Below, piece by piece: positions 9,765 to 20,076 of a stretch of 64,000 nucleotides of DNA. Under the pieces are notes generated by a model. That model did not search any database, was not told the origin of the DNA, and saw nothing but the letters and a program-made list of their open reading frames with translations. The stretch is from assembly GCA_049512075.1 (NCBI GenBank), contig JBEKXL010000005.1, positions 32,001-96,000 of the forward strand. Reading direction: 5' to 3'. The stretch comes from Candidatus Bathyarchaeia archaeon (lineage in GTDB: Archaea; Thermoproteota; Bathyarchaeia; Bathyarchaeales; Bathycorpusculaceae). Each line of letters starts with the position of its first letter. The stretch's first letter is position 1. The position numbers and the translations under genes are program-made.

Positions 9765-10537
9765 CGTTGTTCGCAAAAGCATACAACAATCGTCGACTGG
9801 ACAACTTTGACAAGAATCTAAAGTCTACGCTGGAAGGCCTTAAGGTTGAAGTCAAAACCTGCGGAGCAACCGCTCGCGGGTGGATTCAAATATCGGTTTC
9901 TGGAGAGGACGAAAATGTGGCTCTGCGCTACCTGGACGACAGAATAGGACTATGCCCGGCCAGCTTGGACAACATCAACAGATTCTCAACAATCAAAGGC
10001 CGCATAACAAATTTAGACAAAAGCAGAAATGAACTGCGCGTCGACATGGGAGTTTTTTCTCCAAGCATCTATGATGCAGTAATCCCGTTGGCACGCTTAC
10101 AAGCTCAGCTCGTCGATGGAAGAAAGATCTCCTTGAAGGAAATTGTTGAACTGTTCGGCTTCTGTGAGAACCTGCCCTTCACAGTGAAAATCGACAGCGT
10201 CGACAGAGACAAGAGTCTCATTGAGGCCGAAGTCGCGGAGAAGCAGCGAAGGCAGTACATAGCGTGGACAGAGTCGCTGCTTGACAGACTGTTTATCTTG
10301 GGAACATCTCTGAGCGGGATTGAGTTGGCGGTAGAAGAGGCGGGGTTCAACCGCGATGTGGTCAACATCGAACCGCTGGGGGGGTTTGAGTATGCAGTTG
10401 TGTGCAAACTCGGAACCGACGCGGTTGGGTTAATTCCGAGGATTGGCAAGAACCTGAGAAACGCAAGCCTGGCAGTGTTCAGTCCGAGGAGGATTTTCAC
10501 TTTCTTTGGAAACAAGTTGCCATTGCCTATCTCCTAG
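9752..10537 (+). CDS. DUF2110-like protein
   Basis: Conserved tfe neighbour; GEDENVA, VCKLGTDAVGLIPRIG. Confidence 0.8.
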   Translation: MPTVTLFAKAYNNRRLDNFDKNLKSTLEGLKVEVKTCGATARGWIQISVSGEDENVALRYLDDRIGLCPASLDNINRFSTIKGRITNLDKSRNELRVDMGVFSPSIYDAVIPLARLQAQLVDGRKISLKEIVELFGFCENLPFTVKIDSVDRDKSLIEAEVAEKQRRQYIAWTESLLDRLFILGTSLSGIELAVEEAGFNRDVVNIEPLGGFEYAVVCKLGTDAVGLIPRIGKNLRNASLAVFSPRRIFTFFGNKLPLPIS

Positions 10538-11456
10538 AGACAAGATAGACGCCCGCGAAGATCAGGAAGGCTCCTGCGACAGTGAACAGCGTGATTTCCT
10601 TGCCCTCGCCAACGAAAATTGTTGCGAAAAGCACGGTTATCAGCGGCTCTCCGAACATGAACGAGCTGGTCACTGAAGCTTTAACTTGGTTCATCACACG
10701 GAACCATATGAAATACCCCAGAATAGAGCAGACGAAAGCTAAGTAAAGAATTGCTGACCACTCGTTGATGCTCATGGCAAAGGCTTCGTGAAGAGAGTTT
10801 TCTGCCAGAGAGAAGGGAACCAGACAAAGTCCTCCCAGTATGTTAACATAAGCCACGACGAGAAATGGATCATACTTTTCCATGATTCTCTTCCCCATCA
10901 AGCTATAGGCGGCCCACATGAGTGGCGTGAAAAGCAAGATTGAGCTTCCAAGCAGGAAGTTGCCGCTGCTTCCCTGCATGCTCAAAGCGCCGCCTGTGAT
11001 CACAGCAAAGGTTCCTACCGCGGCAATTCCTATGCCAAGGACATTTTTCCCCATCAACTGTTCTTTGAACATTCGAGCTGAAAAAACGCTGATGAGAATC
11101 GGTGAGAGAAGACAAACCAAAATCGCTGCGATTGAAGCGCTGGCCATCTGTATTCCCGTGTATTGTGCGGCGAAGAAGAATGTAACACCCGTTAAGGCGA
11201 GGAACAAGAATTTCAGAAAATCTCTTCCTTCAATAAGAACCGTGTAATCACGGTTTCTGCTCTTGTTTAGAACAAGAGCTACGATGAAGATCCCCCCAGC
11301 AATGAGAAACCTGAAGGTAGCTATGGCGATAGGGGTCAACCCTTCCCCAAGTGTGGCTTTCACAACTACGAACGAGCTGCCCCAAAATGTGATCAGACAC
11401 AGCATCAGAACAGTGTTAAGAGGACTGATCGTTCTGGTTGCCATGCAATCTAGCAT
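10527..11456 (-). CDS. DMT/EamA family transporter
   Basis: FWGSSFVVVK, about 10 TM segments, EPL motif. Confidence 0.9.
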   Translation of the reverse strand: MLDCMATRTISPLNTVLMLCLITFWGSSFVVVKATLGEGLTPIAIATFRFLIAGGIFIVALVLNKSRNRDYTVLIEGRDFLKFLFLALTGVTFFFAAQYTGIQMASASIAAILVCLLSPILISVFSARMFKEQLMGKNVLGIGIAAVGTFAVITGGALSMQGSSGNFLLGSSILLFTPLMWAAYSLMGKRIMEKYDPFLVVAYVNILGGLCLVPFSLAENSLHEAFAMSINEWSAILYLAFVCSILGYFIWFRVMNQVKASVTSSFMFGEPLITVLFATIFVGEGKEITLFTVAGAFLIFAGVYLVSRR

Positions 11457-11561
11457 TCTTGCTCCGCTTAGTAAAGGATTCTATTGAGAAAATCGAAAAA
11501 GGCGCGCTTTGCTTGCAGTGGCTGCAAAGCCTATTCTTTGGAAACTCTCAAGGCTTTGTGC

Positions 11562-12458
11562 TCAGGCGGGTGGATTCATTTCCTTCAGCAGGTTTTCAAG
11601 GGTCTTCCTTCCTTCCCTGTCCAATGGCAATGCTGGTTTTCGAGGGTAGCCTCCTGCTAGTCCCTGCAGCCTCATAGCCTCTTTTATTGCTGCGATTTGA
11701 TTGAAACGTTTCACAAGTACCTCGTTTGCGAAGGATATGCAGTTTTGCAGTCTGCTTGCTTCTTCGTATCGCCTGTTCTTGAAAGCCTCGTATAAGTGGC
11801 TGCACAGGGCGGGGAACACGTTTCCGACCGCTAGCACTGCGCCTCTCCCCCCTGTTAGCAGCGTGGACAGCGCTACGTCAGCCGTTCCAGCCAGAACTGA
11901 AATTTTGTCACCTGTTAACCTCACGGTTTCCGTTATCGTGCCGATGTTTCCGCTGCTGTCTTTGATGCCGATTATCCTTTCGTTTTCCGCCGCGAGTTCT
12001 TGAATCTGGGGTGGTTCTAAAGAGACGCCGGTGAACTTGGGAACGTTGTAGACGACGATGGGAATGTCGACAGCTTCTGAGACTGTTCGATAGTGTTCGT
12101 GGATTTCCTTGTTTGACAGTTTAAAGTAGAACGGTGTTACTACAAGTGCGGCGTCGACGCCGAGATCACCCGCGTCCTTGGTGAAGGTGACCGTCTCTTG
12201 GGTGCTCATGCTGCCCGTGCCAGCAATCACGGGAACCTTTCCATTAACCTCATCCAAGATGGTCTCAATCACCTTTATCCTCTCTTGCCTAGAAAGGTAA
12301 GGGGCTTCACCGTTGCTGCCACACGGCGCCAACCCCGAGACTCCGCCTTCCAACCAAAATCCCACGCACGCCCTGAGCGCCTTAACGTCAAGTCGACCCA
12401 TACGTGTGAACGGTGTGACGCTGGGGACAAACATTCCATCAAGGACGAGCCTAGGCAT
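11562..12458 (-). CDS. DHDPS/NAL-family class I aldolase (GSNGE, HOGA/KDG-aldolase-like)
   Basis: TPF, CGSNGE, YNVP, IKDSSG Schiff-base Lys. Confidence 0.85.
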   Translation of the reverse strand: MPRLVLDGMFVPSVTPFTRMGRLDVKALRACVGFWLEGGVSGLAPCGSNGEAPYLSRQERIKVIETILDEVNGKVPVIAGTGSMSTQETVTFTKDAGDLGVDAALVVTPFYFKLSNKEIHEHYRTVSEAVDIPIVVYNVPKFTGVSLEPPQIQELAAENERIIGIKDSSGNIGTITETVRLTGDKISVLAGTADVALSTLLTGGRGAVLAVGNVFPALCSHLYEAFKNRRYEEASRLQNCISFANEVLVKRFNQIAAIKEAMRLQGLAGGYPRKPALPLDREGRKTLENLLKEMNPPA

Positions 12459-12679
12459 ACTCTTTCTACTCAGAACCTAACATTTAAAAATTGTCATATA
12501 CGCCTACAACCATAGCGCACACCAAACCCAGCGTGCCATGTGATGCTAAATCTGTCTTGGTTACGTGAATAGAACAGTTTTGTAGGCGTATTTTATGACG
12601 TCAAGGTGTCGGAGAGGCTGGCACTAAATATTAATTCTTGAAGATTCCAATTCTATGGAGCAATGGAGTAAGTAAATCA

Positions 12680-14008
12680 GTGAAATCATTAATCGTCAAA
12701 GGAAAATATGTCTTAACGCTGGACAGAGAGTACAGAACAATCCAACAGGGAGCCGTTTTCGTAGAAGGCGACAAAATTCTGGACGTTGGACCTGCAAAAA
12801 AAATCGAAAGCTCTTACAGCGCTGATGAAATCATTGATGCTAAAGAATGCGTAGTGATGCCGGGACTGATTTGCAGCCACAATCACATGTACGGCGTTCT
12901 TTCGCACGGCATACCCGTTTCCCAGACAACGTCAACTTTCATAGCCTTTCTGAAGAAGTTCTGGTGGCCCCGCATTGAAAATGCTTTGAACAAAGAACAG
13001 ATAAGCGCCGCTGCTTCTATGTCCTCAATTCAAATGGTGAAAACGGGAACAACGTGTTGCGCCGACGTTTTGGAGGCTCCAAACTCGATTCCAGGAGCTC
13101 TGGAGGTTGAGGCTCAAGCGACTGAAATGGTAGGTTTGCGTTCCGTGCTGAGCTTCGAGGCCACTGAAAGAATAAGCGAAGAGAACGGGTGGAAGGGGGC
13201 TGAAGAAAACCTCAACTTCATAAAAATGTATAACAGAAAAAACGATTCATTGACAAAGGGTATGTTTTGCACGCACACCACGTTCACTTGTAGCCCGCAG
13301 TTTCTGAGGAAGGTGAGAGACCTCGCCAACGAATATCCGACAGGAATACACCTTCACTTGGAAGAAGGCGCCTATGAATCAAAGTATTGCCTCACGAAGT
13401 ATGGGAAACTTCCGGTTGAGCTTTACGAAAAAATAGGTTTCCTAGGCTCCGACGTTCTGGCATCTCAATGCGTGCACACGCTTCCAAAAGAAATCAAACT
13501 ATTACGGAAACACGATGTCAAGATTTCGCACATGCCTCTAAGCAACTGTGAAGTCGGCGGTGGCATAGCGCCTGTTCCAAGTTTTCTGCAAGCGGGTCTT
13601 ACAGTCGGACTTGGAACGGACGGATATATCCAAGACATGTTTGAAGTGATGCGAGTCGCATTCCTCATACATAAAGGAAACCTCCAAGACGCCAGCGTCA
13701 TGCCTGCCGAAGCTGTTATTAGAATGGCCACAGTTGACGCTGCAAAAGCGATCCGCATGGAAAACCTCGTGGGCTCAATAACCCCCAAAAAACAAGCCGA
13801 CATCATAACGGTAGACTTGGAATCTCCAACGCCAGTAACAGCGGAAAACCTGATTCCACAACTCGTCGTCTTTGGCGAGGGGAAAATGGTTCAGGATGTC
13901 CTGATAAACGGCAAGAAAATAATGAGAAACAGAAAAATACTCACCATGAATGAAGATATGGCAAGGACGAAGTGTAGAGAAGCTGCAGAGAGTCTGTGGA
14001 ATACCTGA
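12680..14008 (+). CDS. SsnA-like metal-dependent amidohydrolase
   Basis: PGLICSHNHMY (SsnA-type CSHNH), HLHLEEG, GTDGYIQDMFE; GTG 12680 follows a GGAG SD. Confidence 0.8.
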   Translation: MKSLIVKGKYVLTLDREYRTIQQGAVFVEGDKILDVGPAKKIESSYSADEIIDAKECVVMPGLICSHNHMYGVLSHGIPVSQTTSTFIAFLKKFWWPRIENALNKEQISAAASMSSIQMVKTGTTCCADVLEAPNSIPGALEVEAQATEMVGLRSVLSFEATERISEENGWKGAEENLNFIKMYNRKNDSLTKGMFCTHTTFTCSPQFLRKVRDLANEYPTGIHLHLEEGAYESKYCLTKYGKLPVELYEKIGFLGSDVLASQCVHTLPKEIKLLRKHDVKISHMPLSNCEVGGGIAPVPSFLQAGLTVGLGTDGYIQDMFEVMRVAFLIHKGNLQDASVMPAEAVIRMATVDAAKAIRMENLVGSITPKKQADIITVDLESPTPVTAENLIPQLVVFGEGKMVQDVLINGKKIMRNRKILTMNEDMARTKCREAAESLWNT

Positions 14009-14016
14009 TTGAGCGA

Positions 14017-15120
14017 ATGGTGATGGTAAGAACGGTTCGAACGTCACTTTCATTGTGCGGAGTAAGTTTGTCAAACCCTCTGATTCTCGCCGCGGGACCG
14101 TACGGACGCGACGGCAAGACCTTGGAACGCGCGGTGAGGGCAGGTTTTGGCGCAGTTACGACAAAAACGATTAGGCTTGTTGCGGCCAGAAACCCTTTCC
14201 CTAACATGGCCCGGATAGGCAGGGACGCGCTGATTAACGCTGAGAAATGGTCTGACCTTCCTCTTCAAACGTGGGTTACGCACGAGATACCTGCGGTGAA
14301 GCATCTTGGGGTGCCGGTGATCGCCAGCATCGGGTTCACAGAGAAAGAAGCTGGAAAAATCGCTCCGCTGGTTGAAGAGGCTGGCGCTGACTTCATCGAA
14401 ACTGTCACTTACGACGCGGATCAGGTTTTGCCGACGGTTAAAGCCGCCAAGTCCGGAGCGAAAGTTCCTGTGATAGCTAAGGTAAGCGCGAATTGGCCGG
14501 ATTTCCTGAGAATAGCGGTCAAAGCTGAGAAGTTTGGTGCCGACGCCGTTTCAGCGATAGACTCTGTGGGTCCCGTGTTGGCGATAGATGTTGAAACTGG
14601 AAAACCCTTTCTTGGCAATGCGAACGGCGAAGGATGGCTTTCCGGGTCCGCTATTCACCCAATGGCCGTGAGATGCGTTGCCGAAATAGCCAAGCGAGTG
14701 AAGATACCAGTAATAGGTATAGGCGGGATTTCAAACAGTCAAGACGCTGTTGAGATGATGATGGCAGGCGCCCATTGTGTTGAACTGTGCACCGCCCCCG
14801 TCCTCCATGGACTGCAAATCGTCAATCGCATAAAGAACGAGCTTGTCGAATTCATGGAACTGAAGGGCTACAAGTCCATTCAGGAGCTGCGCGGAATCAC
14901 GCTAAAACATCTGGAGAAACAGAAAGAAGAAAGCAAGAGAAGACTACATCCACAGATCGATCGTGAAGCCTGCACTTCATGCGGACTTTGCGCAAATCTC
15001 TGTCCATATCAGGCATTGGCTTTGAGCGAGGGAAAAGTAATCTCATACAAATTAGACTGTCTCAGCTGCGGTCTATGCTATTCCGTTTGTCCTCGGCACG
15101 CCATAAAACTCAGGAGCTGA
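14017..15120 (+). CDS. Dihydroorotate/dihydropyrimidine dehydrogenase-like FMN protein with 2x4Fe-4S ferredoxin
   Basis: NPLILAAGP, VTTKTI, GWLSG, IGIGGI; CTSCGLCANLCP and CLSCGLCYSVCP. Lacks the NxSCP catalytic loop. Confidence 0.8.
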   Translation: MVMVRTVRTSLSLCGVSLSNPLILAAGPYGRDGKTLERAVRAGFGAVTTKTIRLVAARNPFPNMARIGRDALINAEKWSDLPLQTWVTHEIPAVKHLGVPVIASIGFTEKEAGKIAPLVEEAGADFIETVTYDADQVLPTVKAAKSGAKVPVIAKVSANWPDFLRIAVKAEKFGADAVSAIDSVGPVLAIDVETGKPFLGNANGEGWLSGSAIHPMAVRCVAEIAKRVKIPVIGIGGISNSQDAVEMMMAGAHCVELCTAPVLHGLQIVNRIKNELVEFMELKGYKSIQELRGITLKHLEKQKEESKRRLHPQIDREACTSCGLCANLCPYQALALSEGKVISYKLDCLSCGLCYSVCPRHAIKLRS

Positions 15121-17066
15121 ACCGCATCACACTCAAATACAAGGGGTACATGGGGAAAATCCTCCGAATAGATTTGACGGCAAGAAGGATACACAAGCAA
15201 GACTTACGGAATGAGGATGCCGAGAAGTTTCTAGGCGGCACAGGGTTCTGCACGAACATTCTTTACGATGAGACTGGCCCAGAAACGAACCCCCTTGGAC
15301 CAGAAAACCGCCTAATATTCGCAGTCGGCCCCCTATCAGCCACAACGTGGCCAGAGTCAGGAAGATACGAAGTTGGCGGCAAGAGTCCGCTCACCAACAT
15401 TCTTGGAGGAGCAAATTCTGGAGGAAGCTTCGGACCTGAAATGAAACGGGTCGGCTACGACGCCATTATTTTCCAAGGTCGTGCGTCCAAACCGGTCTAC
15501 GTCTACATAGAAGATGGAGAGGTCAAGATATTAGACGCAAGAAACCTTTGGGGAAAAGACACTGAGGAAACCATGACAATAATAAGCCAAGACCATGGTC
15601 AGAAAACTCAAGTAGCTTGCATAGGCCAAGGTGGAGAGAACCTTGTGCGTTACGCGGGAATAGTCACGGACCGTTTCCGCCTTGCAGCTCGGTCGGGCTT
15701 GGGGGCAGTCATGGGTTCCAAGAATCTGAAAGCCCTCGCTTTGAAAGGAAGTCTTCGTGTAGAAGTTGCGGACCCAGAGCGTTTCACTGAGCTTGTCGCC
15801 GAGGCAGATAAGAGAATCAAAGCAGACCCTTTTGTGCCCGAAGTCAGAAAGTACGGTACGACGATTCTTGTCGGAGCAATGAACGAGATCGGAAGGTTTC
15901 CGACCAGGAACTTCCAGACAGGAGTTTTTCCCGCGGCTGACAAGATCAGTGGCGAAGTGCTTGTTGAGAAATATAAAATAGCGGACAAGGCATGCTTCGG
16001 TTGCAGGCTTGCATGCAAGAACGTCATCAGAGTCAAGAAAGGCCGCTTCAAGGGAATGACACTGGATCATCCCGAATACGAAACGATATGTGCCTTCGGA
16101 GGCCGAATCGGAAACGACGATCTCGATTCGATAATTGAGGCGCACGTTCTCTGCAACCTCTACGGCATCGACACCATTTCAACCGGCGGCGTAATAGCGT
16201 TCATGATGGAACTATACGAGAAAAGAATAATCAGCGAAGCAGACACAGGAGGCATTGCTTTCAGGTGGGGAGACAAAGACCTGGCTCTGGACCTGATACG
16301 CAAGATCGCATACCGAGAGGGCATAGGCGACCTTCTGGCCGAGGGAACCAAGAGAGTTGCAGAGCGGCTTGATCGCGGTGCGGAAAAATACGCCATGCAC
16401 GTTAAAGGAATGGACATTCCCGCTCAGGATGGCAGAGCACAGAAATCGATGGGGCTGGCACACGCAGTCTCCACAAGAGGGGCAGATCATCTGCGCGCCT
16501 CGGCTTTTCTGGACGAAATAGGTTTTGAAGAGGCTGTGAAGAAACGTTTTGGCAAACGCTATCTGCCCGAAATGGCAAACAGGCTGGACGAAACATACAA
16601 GGGAGTGATGGTTAAGGAGTGTGAAGACTTTGCAGCCGTCGTGAGCTCGCTAGGTCTCTGCTTGACTGGAGGGTATGCGTACCCGCCAATCTTCTATTTC
16701 AAGGATCTCGCAGAAGCCGTCAGAGCCGCAACAGGGATGGAAGCCACTGAGAAATTCTTGCGGACAGCCGGAGAACGCATAGTCAATCTCCAGAGAGCAT
16801 ACAACATTCGCGAAGGCTTGTCTCGGAAAGACGATAAACTGCCGGCGAGGTTTACCGAAGAACCGAGTCCGGACGGGCCGTGCAAGGGACAAAAAGTGAA
16901 ACTCGAAATGATGCTGGACGAGTATTATCAGACACGCGGATGGGACGTCAAAACTGGTCTAATCCCCCGAGAGAAACTGGAACAACTCAACCTGAAGAAC
17001 GTTGCAGACGATCTTGGCAGAAGGGGGAAGCTTCCAATGAGGAATAGGAAAACTCATGGTGGGTAG
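15117..17066 (+). CDS. Aldehyde:ferredoxin oxidoreductase family (W/Mo-bis-pterin) enzyme 1
   Basis: YKGYMGKILRIDL, KSPLT, GLGAVMGSKNLKA, CFGCRLAC, PEYET, RGADHL. Start placed at CTG overlapping the upstream TGA. Confidence 0.92.
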   Translation: MNRITLKYKGYMGKILRIDLTARRIHKQDLRNEDAEKFLGGTGFCTNILYDETGPETNPLGPENRLIFAVGPLSATTWPESGRYEVGGKSPLTNILGGANSGGSFGPEMKRVGYDAIIFQGRASKPVYVYIEDGEVKILDARNLWGKDTEETMTIISQDHGQKTQVACIGQGGENLVRYAGIVTDRFRLAARSGLGAVMGSKNLKALALKGSLRVEVADPERFTELVAEADKRIKADPFVPEVRKYGTTILVGAMNEIGRFPTRNFQTGVFPAADKISGEVLVEKYKIADKACFGCRLACKNVIRVKKGRFKGMTLDHPEYETICAFGGRIGNDDLDSIIEAHVLCNLYGIDTISTGGVIAFMMELYEKRIISEADTGGIAFRWGDKDLALDLIRKIAYREGIGDLLAEGTKRVAERLDRGAEKYAMHVKGMDIPAQDGRAQKSMGLAHAVSTRGADHLRASAFLDEIGFEEAVKKRFGKRYLPEMANRLDETYKGVMVKECEDFAAVVSSLGLCLTGGYAYPPIFYFKDLAEAVRAATGMEATEKFLRTAGERIVNLQRAYNIREGLSRKDDKLPARFTEEPSPDGPCKGQKVKLEMMLDEYYQTRGWDVKTGLIPREKLEQLNLKNVADDLGRRGKLPMRNRKTHGG

Positions 17067-18916
17067 GCGTTGCAGGCTTTCAGCCCGAGTTCTTTGAGCT
17101 TTTCTTTTCGGGGGGTTCCCTGCTTGGACCATCCCCTAAGACGGTAGTATTTCGAGAGCATCCTGTCCAGTTCGACTGTGCTTCCTTCGAGTGGTTCTTT
17201 GAGGAACCTCTGGGGTAGCTGATCGTCCTTTCGAGAGAACCCCTCTCGTACGTTGAAGCATCGTTCCAGGTTGACGATTCTTTCTCCACAGTTCAAGAGT
17301 TCTTCTTCGGTGAAATTCTCTCCTGTCAACGCTGTGAGGGCTTTTGCAAAATCTGAAGGCATGAAAACGTAGGTTTCGGTCGTGGTGAATTTGCAGACGC
17401 CTAAGGCGTCCGTGATTGCGCAATAGTTTTCAGTGAAAACTACAATTTCAGGCTTGTACGTTGGGTTCCTCGTGTCCAAGATCTTTTCCAAAGGCTTTCG
17501 GGGGAAGAGCTGCTTCGCAACTTCCGTTTTTCGTGCAGAGTCAATCGTTGGCAGAGCGTAGAGGTGATCTGCACCGCGGTTAGATACGGCGTGGCCCAAG
17601 CCGAAGGCTTTCAGAGTTCTCGACTCCTGTCTCGGTATCTCCATTCTCTTAACGTGCATCGCAAACCTGCTTGCCTGTCCGCCTATTCTCTCAGATGCTC
17701 TCGCCGTGCCTTCCGCCAAGACATCGCCGAATCCCTTGCGATGGGCAATCATCCGGATGAGTTCCAGCGTGCTTTCAGCGTTACCCCATTCTAGGGGGAG
17801 TCCCGTTTCCTCCTTGGATATCAAACCCTTTTCGTAGAGTTCCATCGCGAAGGACACTGTCACGCCGGTTGAGATGGTGTCCAACCCCAGTTCATTGCAA
17901 AGCTGGTTGGCCTTCATGATCACGCTGAAATCTGCAATCCAGCACATCGGCCCGAAAGAGTCTATGCTTTCGTACTCTGGTCTCGAGCCCTCCAGAGGCG
18001 CGTATTTCCCTTCCGTGACTCTTGCGTATGCTCGACAGTGGATGGGACATGAGTAACATGTTTCTGGTTTGAGGAAATATCTCTCCCTTATCGTTTCTCC
18101 TGAAATCTGTTCAGCCCATGGAAACCTGGCGATCTGATGGTTCTTGGCTGGAAGGTCTCCTGTCTCATTCTTCGTGGCAATAAGCCACGGCGTGCCATAA
18201 TTGCACAGGCCTTTCAGTTGTGGGTTCTGAGGAGACCAGCTTTTGAGAGCAGCCGTGCATAACTCGCGGAATTTTTCAGGATATGCGGCCTCAACCTTGT
18301 CTTTTCCGGTCACTGCCACTGCTTTCAAGTTTTTGGAACCCATAACCGCTCCCAGTCCACATCTGCCAGCTACTCTGTCCCTGTCGGTTATGATTGAGGC
18401 TATTCGAACCAAGTTCTCGCCCGCCGGTCCTATGCAGGCAACACGGCACTTACCTATTTCTTCCTGAACTGCCTTTATCGCCTCGCTCGTTGTCCTCCCC
18501 CAGATGTGTGCGGCTGACTTCAACGTCGCAGTTTCGTTTTCAACGTGCAGATACGCGGGGTTTCTTGCTTTTCCTGATATGTGTATCAGGTCGTACCCAG
18601 CGAATTTCAGCTCTGGACCGAAGTAACCGCCAGCATGGGCGTACCCTAAACCGTTTGTGAGTGGCGATTTTGCTGCCACTGTTATTCTTGAAGAAGTCGG
18701 CCACATGGTTCCAGCTAGTGGTCCTGCGGAAAAGAGCAGGATGTTTTCAGGTGAAAACGGGTCTGTTTTTTCTTTCAGCTCTTCGAAAAGGTAGTACGAA
18801 GTTAGGCCACGTCCACCCAAGAACTTCTTCAGCATTGGCTTTTCAAGGCTATATTTTTGAACTTCGCCTGAAGTCAAGTCTACGTTTAGTGCTTTTCCCG
18901 TCCAACCGGATGTCAC
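17054..18916 (-). CDS. Aldehyde:ferredoxin oxidoreductase family enzyme 2
   Basis: GWTGKAL, KSPLT, GLGAVMGSKNLKA, CYSCPIHC, PEYES, RGADHL. Confidence 0.92.
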   Translation of the reverse strand: MTSGWTGKALNVDLTSGEVQKYSLEKPMLKKFLGGRGLTSYYLFEELKEKTDPFSPENILLFSAGPLAGTMWPTSSRITVAAKSPLTNGLGYAHAGGYFGPELKFAGYDLIHISGKARNPAYLHVENETATLKSAAHIWGRTTSEAIKAVQEEIGKCRVACIGPAGENLVRIASIITDRDRVAGRCGLGAVMGSKNLKAVAVTGKDKVEAAYPEKFRELCTAALKSWSPQNPQLKGLCNYGTPWLIATKNETGDLPAKNHQIARFPWAEQISGETIRERYFLKPETCYSCPIHCRAYARVTEGKYAPLEGSRPEYESIDSFGPMCWIADFSVIMKANQLCNELGLDTISTGVTVSFAMELYEKGLISKEETGLPLEWGNAESTLELIRMIAHRKGFGDVLAEGTARASERIGGQASRFAMHVKRMEIPRQESRTLKAFGLGHAVSNRGADHLYALPTIDSARKTEVAKQLFPRKPLEKILDTRNPTYKPEIVVFTENYCAITDALGVCKFTTTETYVFMPSDFAKALTALTGENFTEEELLNCGERIVNLERCFNVREGFSRKDDQLPQRFLKEPLEGSTVELDRMLSKYYRLRGWSKQGTPRKEKLKELGLKACNAYPP

Positions 18917-19010
18917 GATTGTTGATACTCCCGAACGTGTTATTTATCAATGCGTTTTGCCAGAGATAAGTTTGCTTACGGAAAAAGGCAAAATGCCGGC
19001 TTTCAATATA

Positions 19011-20027
19011 CTAGGTTTTGAAGGATGAAATGATGTCCGTCCCAGCTGACGTTATCCCTTTTTTCCCATCAGGCATAACGAAGATCATCTGTGTCACTCC
19101 AGCTTTGAAGAATTCTTCAACTCTTCCGAGACATTTGTTGGGCTTCCCAGCCACCGAAAACTCATCTATCATTTCATCCGTCATCAAGCCCATCGCTTCA
19201 GCGTCCATTCCTTTCTGCAAGGCTTCTCGAATAGATGCTACACGTTCTATCTTAGTGCCCAATGCCTCATGCACTGAATTCGCGGTGAAAGCAGTCATAA
19301 AAGTGGCCAAATGTCTCACTCTCTTCCTAGCCTCAGAGTCATTCTCGGCGATGGCAAAAGGGAGAATGTTGCCCACGTCTATTTCATCCATGCTCCTCCC
19401 CGCCTTTGAGGCCCCTTCCTCAATTGTTTTCAACGCGTTCTCAATGTAATGAAAAGGCGTGTTCAATAGAGAACCGTCAGCCAATTCGCCGACCATCTGC
19501 ATAAACTTGGGGCTTCTGGCTGCCAGATAAACTGGAACCTTGGTCTTCGGATGAAAAGAAAGATGAACGCCGTTTGCCTTTATCATTTCTCCATCATAGT
19601 CCACAGTTTCGCCAGCCAATACCCGATTCATAACGTTGATACCCTCCCGAACTGTGGCTAAAGGTTTCTCCCACATCTTTATTCCCAACGGTCTGAGAGG
19701 CATTTCTCCTCCGGGCCCCAAACCGACGACAACGCGTCCATTCGCCATTTCCTCGAGCGTGGATGCAAAGACGGCTAAGAGCGCCGGATGTTTCGTGTAG
19801 AAGTTGCATATGCCCGTTCCAATCTTAATCTCGGATGTTTTGAGAGCCACGGTTGTCATGTTTACAATAACGTCCCTGCAAAGAGGCGAAGGATTCTCGT
19901 CCGCAATCCAAACGTGTTTGAAACCATGCGTTTCAGCTGCCTTGGCCAGTTTCGCCGTGTCCAAGGCGGGAGCGAAACCAGCGAGGTTCAGTCCAAAAGT
20001 TCTTGTGCGAGCCATGTTTGTCTTCAC
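19011..20027 (-). CDS. LLM-class F420-dependent oxidoreductase, Mer-like
   Basis: AETHGFKHVWIAD, IKIGTG, HPALLA, GRVVVGLGPG, PVYLAA. Confidence 0.8.
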   Translation of the reverse strand: MKTNMARTRTFGLNLAGFAPALDTAKLAKAAETHGFKHVWIADENPSPLCRDVIVNMTTVALKTSEIKIGTGICNFYTKHPALLAVFASTLEEMANGRVVVGLGPGGEMPLRPLGIKMWEKPLATVREGINVMNRVLAGETVDYDGEMIKANGVHLSFHPKTKVPVYLAARSPKFMQMVGELADGSLLNTPFHYIENALKTIEEGASKAGRSMDEIDVGNILPFAIAENDSEARKRVRHLATFMTAFTANSVHEALGTKIERVASIREALQKGMDAEAMGLMTDEMIDEFSVAGKPNKCLGRVEEFFKAGVTQMIFVMPDGKKGITSAGTDIISSFKT

Positions 20028-20076
20028 CTGTCTAAATGCTTAAGTCGGCACTCAGAAATATTAAAATGGTGGAAAA

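Noticed and set aside
14979-15116. N-terminal extension of the AOR1 ORF as called in the track
   Set aside because: Overlaps the ferredoxin domain of the upstream gene; AOR homology begins near 15135.
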